Below, one piece after another: positions 37,173 through 45,799 of a stretch of DNA of 64,000 bases. Location of the stretch: IMG/VR virus record IMGVR_UViG_3300043464_001711, positions 29,998 to 93,997 of that record; one strand, written 5' to 3'. The notes below the pieces were generated by a model, which was given only the letters and a program-made list of their open reading frames with translations, searched no databases and had not been told where the DNA came from. Both the position numbers and the translations under genes were made by a program. Position 1 is the stretch's first letter; every line of letters starts with the position of its first letter. The stretch comes from a virus.

Positions 37173-39572
37173 ATGAAAAAAATAAATTACGACAACGCTT
37201 TAACTAGTTTATTTGAAGAAAAGGAATTAACTACTAATATACTATCTCTTGAAGGTGAGGATTTATATAAAGAAATAGCTTATGTTTTAACAGAACTTTC
37301 TCTTATTGATAAAGGTACTGGTAAAAAAATAATCTCAGAAAACGAAAGATTATTATTGGAAGCCAGTTTCATGGAAAAAATAAGAAATGCTTGGAATAAC
37401 CTTTGGGGTCAAGCAAATCAACAAGCACAACAAAACGCTAATCAAAATTTAGGTCCACAACAAGCACAGGCAGTACAACAAGCACAAAAGGATATTGCAG
37501 AAGTATCTAAAAATTGTGCTGAAAGAGCAGAAGGTCACTGGAGTATAAAATATGAACCTGGTGATCCTAGATATACAGAAGAAAATAAAAAGAAATATAT
37601 TGAGGGTCATATCAAACATTGTATTGAAGAGACCATGAATAGTTCTGGTGGTAAGTCTATTATAGGTAAGTTAAGTAATTTTTTAAATAACACAGTATCA
37701 GGTAGAGTTCTAACAGGAATGGTAGCTATTGGAGCTATGTTCTATGTTACTGGTTTATTGGGTACACATTCCACAACAGTTAAAAAGAATGTTGATGACG
37801 GTAATCTACATGTTGCTAAGGTAGTAAACAAACACACACAAAACGATTCTTTAAACCATTCTTCACATGTTAAAGTAAATAAAGATGGTAGTTTAACTAA
37901 AGTTGATATTGGTAAAGATGGTAAGACTGTTGGTGTTATAGAACGTGATTTTGCTAAAACTGATTTAAATGATAGTCAGGTACAACAGGCTGCACAAAAT
38001 ATTGTTAATTTAGTTAAGGATATTAATAAAGATCCTGATTTAGGTGGTAAACCTGTTAAATCTATAACTTTAAAATTCCATTCAAATTATTCAAATACTG
38101 ATGGTGGTGTTGATTCTGATGGTGATGGTATACCTGATAGTAACGATTGTCAAGGTGGACCATGTGCTGAAACACACAACCAAAAATCCATTGATGCTGT
38201 TTTAAAAATAGTTAAACAAGAATTAGCTAAAGACGGTATACCTACCAAAGTTAAAGTTAAATCTGAAATTGGTGGTTTGGCAAAAGATGTTGTAAAAGCT
38301 AAATCATCATCAGCTGATGCTGAACAAAACACAACAATAACTGTTGATGGGATAGACGCTCCAATAAAAAAACAAACAGATACAAAGATTCAACCTGGAC
38401 CATATGGGCCACTTGTTGATACGCCACCAGCACCAAAAGTACCAATTTGTGATATAAACATAAACGGTAAGACAATTAAAGTAGAAAGGGGTAACCGTAT
38501 AAGTATATATGCTAATGTAGATTACCTTGAAGAAGATGGTCAAAAATTTGATGGTATTTTAACACCTGTTGATAATGGTCCTTTATTACATTTAGAAATT
38601 TTAGGTGGTTTTACTGATGAAAAGAATGGGGTAACATATTTTGTTGTACAACCAGAAGATAAAACAACCGTACCTGAAGGATATGAACAAATACTAAAAG
38701 ATGGTATGTATATAGTTCCTTGTGGTAAAAAAATGAAAGGTGAGGATAAACGTGAAGATGATGATATAAATAGAAAAGATGAATACGAAGACGACATAGT
38801 AGTACCAGTACCAAAAAAAGAATTCCTAAAAGGTAATAGAAATATGCAATTGGCTTATTTAGCTAAAAATTTCTTACCAGGGGGAGAAAGTTTATGGAAT
38901 GGTTTAGGTATAAAAGAAGGGACAGTTTTACCTTCAGGGTTTTTTGACGCAGCTTTAAATCAAGGAAAATATGACCCACAAAACTATTTAAGCAAATATT
39001 ATGATTATTTAGTGAATAATAATGCTTTTACTAACAAAATTAATAAACAAGCATGGTTAGCTAGGGTACGTAGTAATAAAAATTTAGCTTTAATATCTTG
39101 GATTAGAAACACTAGAAAAAACATTGGTGGATTTTTCAAAAAATTAAACAATGAATATGGATTAGGTTTGGGTGAAAGAGCTAGAGCATTCACAGCAAAA
39201 CCTGGTGAAACAGGGAAAGCTATGGGTACGATAGGTGATTCAGTTCTTAAAAAAGATAATTTAATTATTGAAGCTTCAACCACTTTTGGTGATTCAATTA
39301 AAAAGGCTGGTTTTAGAGAAGACTTATTAATGAAAAATTTACCACAATTTATGGAAATGTTAACAACAATGTATTTCGGTATTAAAGGTAAGAAAATAGG
39401 TTATGATAAAAATGCTGTTATGAATTTATGTAAAGAATATGGTTGTAAAGTCGATACTGGTAAAAAATTCAAAAGAAGTGTATCTAAAGATTACGCTATA
39501 ATGGATAGTGTTGAACCTAAAGATGAAATTTTAAAAGAAGAAATAAATAGAATAAAAAATTTGATGAAATAA
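37173..39572 (+). CDS. Large hypothetical protein, possibly internal virion/ejection protein
   Basis: 799 aa; one hydrophobic helix (VLTGMVAIGAMFYVTGLLG); DSDGDGIPD motif; C-terminal ILKEEINRIKNLM. Confidence 0.6.
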   Translation: MKKINYDNALTSLFEEKELTTNILSLEGEDLYKEIAYVLTELSLIDKGTGKKIISENERLLLEASFMEKIRNAWNNLWGQANQQAQQNANQNLGPQQAQAVQQAQKDIAEVSKNCAERAEGHWSIKYEPGDPRYTEENKKKYIEGHIKHCIEETMNSSGGKSIIGKLSNFLNNTVSGRVLTGMVAIGAMFYVTGLLGTHSTTVKKNVDDGNLHVAKVVNKHTQNDSLNHSSHVKVNKDGSLTKVDIGKDGKTVGVIERDFAKTDLNDSQVQQAAQNIVNLVKDINKDPDLGGKPVKSITLKFHSNYSNTDGGVDSDGDGIPDSNDCQGGPCAETHNQKSIDAVLKIVKQELAKDGIPTKVKVKSEIGGLAKDVVKAKSSSADAEQNTTITVDGIDAPIKKQTDTKIQPGPYGPLVDTPPAPKVPICDININGKTIKVERGNRISIYANVDYLEEDGQKFDGILTPVDNGPLLHLEILGGFTDEKNGVTYFVVQPEDKTTVPEGYEQILKDGMYIVPCGKKMKGEDKREDDDINRKDEYEDDIVVPVPKKEFLKGNRNMQLAYLAKNFLPGGESLWNGLGIKEGTVLPSGFFDAALNQGKYDPQNYLSKYYDYLVNNNAFTNKINKQAWLARVRSNKNLALISWIRNTRKNIGGFFKKLNNEYGLGLGERARAFTAKPGETGKAMGTIGDSVLKKDNLIIEASTTFGDSIKKAGFREDLLMKNLPQFMEMLTTMYFGIKGKKIGYDKNAVMNLCKEYGCKVDTGKKFKRSVSKDYAIMDSVEPKDEILKEEINRIKNLMK

Positions 39573-39637
39573 AAATAAAATATTTTATCAGCATATTTAT
39601 AATTAAAGATAACAAAAAAAAATTAAAAAATTAAACT

Positions 39638-40126
39638 ATGGCAGATTTGTTAATGAGAATGCCTGTTCCTTACGAACCAAAGAAAAAGAATAGGTTTATA
39701 TTTAGATTCCCTACACCATTGGGTATCCAAGAATGGTTCGTATCAACAGGTGCTAGACCGACTTATACAGCGGAAGAAACTGAGATTCAATTCTTAAATA
39801 CTTCTACTTTTGTAATTGGTAGATTTACTTGGGAAACAATCGACGTTACTTTCCGTGACCCAATCGGTCCTTCAGCTACTCAAGCTCTTATGGAATGGAT
39901 TCGTCTTCACTCTGAGTCTGTAACAGGTAGACAAGGTTACGCTGCTGGTTATAAGAAAGATATAGAATTAGAAATGTTAGACCCAACAGGAGTTGTTATT
40001 GAAAAATGGATTCTTCAAGGTACTATGATTACTTCAGCTAATTTCGGTGATTTGGATTACTCTTCTTCTGATATAGCTGACATTTCAGTTACACTTAGAT
40101 TTGATAGAGCAATCTCAGTATTCTGA
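39638..40126 (+). CDS. Tail tube protein (T4 gp19-like)
   Basis: YEPKKKNRF, WETIDVTFRD, YKKDIELEMLDPTG, FGDLDY; 162 aa. Confidence 0.9.
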   Translation: MADLLMRMPVPYEPKKKNRFIFRFPTPLGIQEWFVSTGARPTYTAEETEIQFLNTSTFVIGRFTWETIDVTFRDPIGPSATQALMEWIRLHSESVTGRQGYAAGYKKDIELEMLDPTGVVIEKWILQGTMITSANFGDLDYSSSDIADISVTLRFDRAISVF

Positions 40127-40214
40127 TTTAAATATTTACGAAAAATAAACATAATTGTCATACCCTTGACAACCAAATTAAAAGTCTGTATATTTATATT
40201 AAAAATATAAATGT

Positions 40215-41750
40215 ATGGACTTTTCTTTTTTTACAACAAACAACAAATCGGGTCATAAAACCAAAGAGTCTTGGTTTTCCAAAAATTACCCCGAAGAATA
40301 CTTAAAAATAATTGACCATACCTCAAGATTCGGTTTAAAAACATTTAAAGAAAAAATATGGTTTTTCTACCATAATTTAAAATCAATACCAAAATGTCCT
40401 TGTGGTAATCAATCAAAATTTAGTGAAAGGTTTGACAGGGGTTATCAATCCTTTTGTTCCTTAGAATGTGCTAACAACAATAAAGAAGAATTAATAAAAA
40501 GACAAAAAAAAAGTATAAATAAAAAATGGGGTGTAGATTTCTATACACAACACAAAGATTTCATAAAAAAACAAAAAGAAACAAAGAAAAAACGTTATGG
40601 TAATGAAAGTTATAATAACGTTGAAAAAATGAAAAATACTAAAAAGTTGTTATATGGCAAGTCTGGTTACAATAATTCAGATAAGAATAAAATAACAAGA
40701 CGTGATAGTTTTATTAAACTAGTTAAAGAAAAAACAAAAGATGTTTTTGTTTCATATGAATTAGATTCGGATAATATCACATTAAATTGTTCTATATGTA
40801 ATCAAAATTATCTAATATATAATAATTTATTTAATTATAGAACAAAACAAAAATCAACATTATGTACTTTATGTAACCCAACAGACAACAAACAAGTTTC
40901 GGGACTTGAGTTGGACCTAATAAATTTTATATCTAAAATAATTAAGGTTGAGACTAAAAACAGGTCTGTTTTAGGTGGTAAGGAATTGGATGTGTTTATC
41001 CCATCAAAAAAATTAGCTATAGAGTTTAATGGGTTGTATTGGCATTCAGACATATATAAAGACAAAAATTACCATTTAAATAAAACTATTGAATGTAACA
41101 AAAAAAATATAAATTTATTACATGTTTTTGAGGATGAATGGTTAGAGAAATCCGATATCGTTAAATCAATAATTAAAAACAAGTTAGGTGTTTGGGATAA
41201 AAAAGTTTATGCTAGAAATTGTGAGATAAGGGTTGTTAATAAATCTGAAGAAAAATTGTTTTTAAATTTAAACCATATTCAAGGGTTTGTTGGGTCAAAT
41301 ATTTCCTATGGTCTTTATTATTGTGATGAATTAATTTCCATAATGACTTTTGGTGGTTTAAGGAAATCTTTAGGATATAACTCAAAAGAGGGGTCTTATG
41401 AGATGTTAAGATTTTGTAATAAATTAAATTATAACATTATCGGTGGAGCATCAAAATTATTTAAGCATTTTGTTAAAATGAATAACCCAAAACAAATTAT
41501 ATCGTATTCTGACAATCGTTATTTTGATGGTTTTTTATATAAAAATTTGGGCTTTGCGTTTATTGGTGAGACCAAACCAAATTATTTTTATGTTATTAAT
41601 CATAACAGAGAAAATAGGTTTAAATATAGAAAAGATGTTTTAATTAAGGAGGGTTTTGTTAAATCACTAACAGAAAAAGAAATTATGAAATCTAGGGGGT
41701 ATAATAGAATATGGGATTGTGGTAATAAAAAATGGGTTATAAATTTATAA
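40215..41750 (+). mobile_element. Hef-like free-standing homing endonuclease
   Basis: Cys zinc motifs, ELDVFIPSKKLAIEFNGLYWH, HVFEDEW, then ARNC...HIQG...EMLRFC...GGASKL...WDCG. Confidence 0.8.
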
Positions 41751-41766
41751 CCCATAATTATTTTTT

Positions 41767-42834
41767 CTACCAATCGTAATCAACTTCGTCGTCATACTTT
41801 CTAATACTATAACCTCCATTGAATTCTTTATAATCAAATAGGTCCTCAAAACCTCTATCAGTTATTTTTTCACTTTTATAGTAAGCATTTACTCTATTAA
41901 AGTCTTCCCATTCATCATGCCATTCAGCAAAAAAGTCATCATCATCCTCTTCGTCCTCATCAAAAAACAATTCTTCTTTTAAAAGTGTTTTAGATGATTC
42001 AGATTTTTGTGTTGTAGAACTAGACCAATAAGAATCATTTCCGTAATTTGTTACAGGTTCTTCTACTCTTTCGTAAAAATTTTCACCTAAAATTTCATGT
42101 AGTCTAAGTCCTAATTGAAATCCGTTCTCAACTTCATCAACAACTACATATTCATTAGCTGTATGATAACTATGATAACCTGCCGCCAAATTCAAACAAG
42201 AGAAACCAAATTTTTCCATTAATGGCCAAATATCTGTGTAAGGGTGTCTTTCCCAACTATCAATACCATGTTCAAGAATAAGGTTACCAACTTTATTACC
42301 AAATTCGGATTTTTCGTTAAAAAGTTTTTTACCCATAAGAGTTAAACTCATTGAATTACCTTCAGGTGAATCATACTGAATTGCGTAACCAACGTTTTTA
42401 AAGAACTCAGGGTCAGCCTGTCTAGAACCAACACAACCAATTTCTTCCGAAACAAAAAATGCCGCTTTAACATTGTCCAATGTATCCAACATTTCCAAAC
42501 AAAGAAAGACACCACACTTATCATCACCACCAATACCGGATGGTTTCATAGTTTCTTTATCAATACCTGTTAGGATTGTTTTTCCGTTTTCTTCTAGTTG
42601 AACCACTTTAAGATTCAAATTAACTGAGTGTACTGTATCTGTATGTGAAACAAAACAAGGATACCATTCAGCCTTTCCTTTAGTCACATAAATATTACCG
42701 ATTGCATCAGTATAATGTTCAAACCCTTTTTCGGTTAAAACATTCTGTAAATAAGAAACCATTAGTTTCTCGTTTCTAGAATGTGTAGGGATTGATAACA
42801 CTTCTTTCAATCTCTGTAGTTTTCTATCTTCCAT
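41767..42834 (-). CDS. M28/M20-family metallopeptidase
   Basis: SHTDTVH, GGDDKCG, SEEIG, YHTANE; acidic tail. Confidence 0.85.
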   Translation of the reverse strand: MEDRKLQRLKEVLSIPTHSRNEKLMVSYLQNVLTEKGFEHYTDAIGNIYVTKGKAEWYPCFVSHTDTVHSVNLNLKVVQLEENGKTILTGIDKETMKPSGIGGDDKCGVFLCLEMLDTLDNVKAAFFVSEEIGCVGSRQADPEFFKNVGYAIQYDSPEGNSMSLTLMGKKLFNEKSEFGNKVGNLILEHGIDSWERHPYTDIWPLMEKFGFSCLNLAAGYHSYHTANEYVVVDEVENGFQLGLRLHEILGENFYERVEEPVTNYGNDSYWSSSTTQKSESSKTLLKEELFFDEDEEDDDDFFAEWHDEWEDFNRVNAYYKSEKITDRGFEDLFDYKEFNGGYSIRKYDDEVDYDW

Positions 42835-42853
42835 TTTTTTTATTTATATAATA

Positions 42854-42884
42854 CAAATATAGTTAAGGTTTTTAATATGGCAAA
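42854..42884 (-). promoter_or_regulatory. Bacteroidota-type promoter (-33/-7)
   Basis: TTTG (42884-42881), 19-nt spacer, TATATTTG (42861-42854); 20 nt before ATG 42834. Confidence 0.7.
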
Positions 42885-43007
42885 GTTTTTTTTAACAAAA
42901 AATTTAGAATAATTCTATTTATATAATAAAAACAGAATCTTTACTTTGTCAAAAAAGGTTTTAAGATTATAATAAAATAATAGTAAACATAAAAAAAAGT
43001 TTTTACA

Positions 43008-43769
43008 ATGTCAAATCAAGAAAACGATTTTAATTTTGAAGCACCGTTTGATGTGCTTGAATTACCTTCAAAAGGGTTATTATACCCTGGTAGACCTGCC
43101 ACAGTTAAAGTGGAGTATCTTACAGCAGCAGACGAAAATATTCTTACATCTCCTAACTTAATTAGAAGTGGTAAGGTATTGGATGTTCTTTTACAGAAAA
43201 AAATTAAAAGTTCTGAAATCCCTATGGAACAAATGTTAGTGGGTGATAGAAATGCTATTATGATTTGGTTAAGAGCTACAGGTTATGGTGAAATGTACCC
43301 TGTAAAAATGCTTGACCCTGAAACGGCTGAAGAATTTGAAACTGAAATTGATTTATCCAATCTAGGTACAAAAGAATTAACAGCACAACCAGATGAAAAT
43401 GGTGAATTCGATTTCTTATTACCTAGAAGTAAAAAGAAAATTAAATTTAGATTATTAACTGTAGCTGACGAAACCTCAATTACTAAAAAAACAGAACAAA
43501 GAAATAAGGCCACAAAATCACCCATTAGTAACGCTTTAACTTATAGACTACAGGCACAAATTAAAGAAATTGAGGGTAATAGAGACCCATCTATGATTGC
43601 TAAATTTATTGAAATTATGCCGGCTTTTGATTCTTTAAAGTTTAGAGAATATTCAGATGAAATAGAACCTGGTATTGACCTAGAAGTGGACGTGGAGGGC
43701 CCATCAGGTACCTTTCGTAGCCCCTTTACAATTGGACTCAACTTTTTTTGGCCTAACGCTAGAGTATAG
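43008..43769 (+). CDS. Baseplate hub assembly/tail chaperone (T4 gp26-like)
   Basis: LPSKGLLY, LTAADENILTS, GDRNAIMIWLRATGYG, NFFWP. Confidence 0.75.
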   Translation: MSNQENDFNFEAPFDVLELPSKGLLYPGRPATVKVEYLTAADENILTSPNLIRSGKVLDVLLQKKIKSSEIPMEQMLVGDRNAIMIWLRATGYGEMYPVKMLDPETAEEFETEIDLSNLGTKELTAQPDENGEFDFLLPRSKKKIKFRLLTVADETSITKKTEQRNKATKSPISNALTYRLQAQIKEIEGNRDPSMIAKFIEIMPAFDSLKFREYSDEIEPGIDLEVDVEGPSGTFRSPFTIGLNFFWPNARV

Positions 43770-43944
43770 AAGACATTTAATAGAAATTGTCTATTACATG
43801 GTTAAACATTTAAGATTTAGTTATACAGATGTTTTAAAAATGCCTGTTTGGGAGAGAGCTCTTTATATTGACCTTTGGCAAAAAGAAATGGAAGAACAAC
43901 AAAAACAATATAAAAAGGCTCAATCTAAAGGTAAGAGTAGATAA
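43732..43944 (+). CDS. Small chaperone domain, probably made as a frameshift extension
   Basis: FFGLTLEYR...FSYTDVLKMPVWER; overlaps the upstream gene at a T7 run. Confidence 0.6.
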   Translation: MDSTFFGLTLEYRRHLIEIVYYMVKHLRFSYTDVLKMPVWERALYIDLWQKEMEEQQKQYKKAQSKGKSR

Positions 43945-43986
43945 AACAAAATTAAGGCATATTTATCAATAAAAAAGAATCTAAAA

Positions 43987-45792
43987 ATGCCTAAAAATAT
44001 CAGAGAAATATTAAAAGAGTATGATCAAAAGTTAGAGGAATCTCTAACTTTTGGTGCTTCTATGAATGAAGATGCTTTAAATAATTTATTAAACCCACAG
44101 GCAAATCCATCAAAAACAAAAGCACCAGGTTTAGATCCCAAGGACGACCCTTCAGGAGCAAAAAGTGGTGGTAGAGCTTCTTTTTTATTACAAAACGTAA
44201 AAAATAATTTACGTTCAGTGGGTTTTACTCTTGATGATTTAGAAAAACAAAAAACTATCGCACAATTAATTCCAGCTCCTTTTGGTTTTAAATTTTCACT
44301 TTTATGGCCAAAAGAAAATGAGTGGGGTGAAAAAAAATATGTAACCCTAAAAATTGGGGACCAAGAGATAGAATGTGATAGAGTTGATACTAGAGCACAA
44401 GTAAGAAACCCTAATTTAAAAGGTAGATTGGTTTTATCAACAAAATTAGGTCCAGATATTATTTTTATTGACCCTGTTGAATTAACTAGAACTTTTGGTG
44501 GTGATGCGGGTAAGTTACCTCCAGGTAAAAAAGGTGAAAATTATAAAAGATTATTAGAAGAAGGTGTTACATATAAAGTACAGGTAGATTCAGATGTACT
44601 TGTTGGTGGTGAAAGTGATGATGAAAAAGAAGAAGAACCAATTAAAGAAGTACCAATACCTGAAGAAATAACTTCAGGAAAAAATAGGAATGAAATTTTT
44701 AGACTTCTACTAAGAGGTTTTGGTAAATACAATGGATTAGTTGTATTTGGTGACGGTTTTAATAATATAGATGATGCTAGGGAATACGCTAGACTACAAA
44801 GAGGTTTAAAATCAGGTAAAACTACAAAAGAAGAATTAGCTGATTTTAGGGAAAAAGCTGAACGTGATGCTTATAGTATGATGATAGCCAATTTAAGAAA
44901 ATCTTATCCAACTAACTTCTTTAAAGGTTTATCAAAAGCCTTCCCCGAATTTAACATACAGTATGCTAAACAATCAATGGATGAGGATTATAACCTTTCT
45001 GAGGATGTAGATAACGATGATAAATATAAAAGGTGGAATCTTGTCTTTCCTGGTAAAGTTATTGGTACTAAAACAATAGATAACCTAGATAAAAATATCA
45101 GGGAATTTATGATAGCCGTTAAAAAATGGTTTGCTGTACCTGTTGCTGGTATTGATGGTAAAAAAAGAAGTTACACTATTAATTACGATGAAGATAAAGT
45201 TAATCAATATTGGGAAACTTTTTATGGTAATAAAAAAAATGAATCAAAATTATCTTTATCTAACATTTTAAAAGAAATGTTAAATGAAGAGCAGATAATA
45301 AATAATAAGACACCTAAGTTTCCACAATATTTTCTCCTTAAGATTGAAAATGGTGGTTTACAAACCATAGATGAATCACAATCTGATGTTGAATCTAGGG
45401 TTCAAAAGGCTACTGGCCAAAAACAATCTGGATTTTTTGACGCCATTTTATTTAAAACTTCATACTCACTTGATAAAGATGGGGGTGATATTTCTGAATC
45501 TTCGGCTGATTTATTACTAGGATACGCTAATATTAAAAATGCTCCATCCGATGGAAAAGCTAAGATTGATATGGATTACGACTCAAATGGTGTGGTCGGA
45601 TCAAATAGTATTGTAGAAATAGTGGGTGATCCAGAAGGAGTTAATTCAAAATTAAAAAATCAAATCATTAGTAGAGGAAAAATGAGGATTAAAAAATCTA
45701 TAAAAAAACCGGGTTATTTAATGCTTTATTACCCATCATTAGAATTGGGTGGTCAGAAAAACTACAAATGGGATGAAATATCAAATACATAA
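43987..45792 (+). CDS. Hypothetical protein with ILKE motifs
   Basis: 601 aa between the chaperone and tape measure genes. Confidence 0.65.
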   Translation: MPKNIREILKEYDQKLEESLTFGASMNEDALNNLLNPQANPSKTKAPGLDPKDDPSGAKSGGRASFLLQNVKNNLRSVGFTLDDLEKQKTIAQLIPAPFGFKFSLLWPKENEWGEKKYVTLKIGDQEIECDRVDTRAQVRNPNLKGRLVLSTKLGPDIIFIDPVELTRTFGGDAGKLPPGKKGENYKRLLEEGVTYKVQVDSDVLVGGESDDEKEEEPIKEVPIPEEITSGKNRNEIFRLLLRGFGKYNGLVVFGDGFNNIDDAREYARLQRGLKSGKTTKEELADFREKAERDAYSMMIANLRKSYPTNFFKGLSKAFPEFNIQYAKQSMDEDYNLSEDVDNDDKYKRWNLVFPGKVIGTKTIDNLDKNIREFMIAVKKWFAVPVAGIDGKKRSYTINYDEDKVNQYWETFYGNKKNESKLSLSNILKEMLNEEQIINNKTPKFPQYFLLKIENGGLQTIDESQSDVESRVQKATGQKQSGFFDAILFKTSYSLDKDGGDISESSADLLLGYANIKNAPSDGKAKIDMDYDSNGVVGSNSIVEIVGDPEGVNSKLKNQIISRGKMRIKKSIKKPGYLMLYYPSLELGGQKNYKWDEISNT

Positions 45793-45799
45793 GTTTTAA

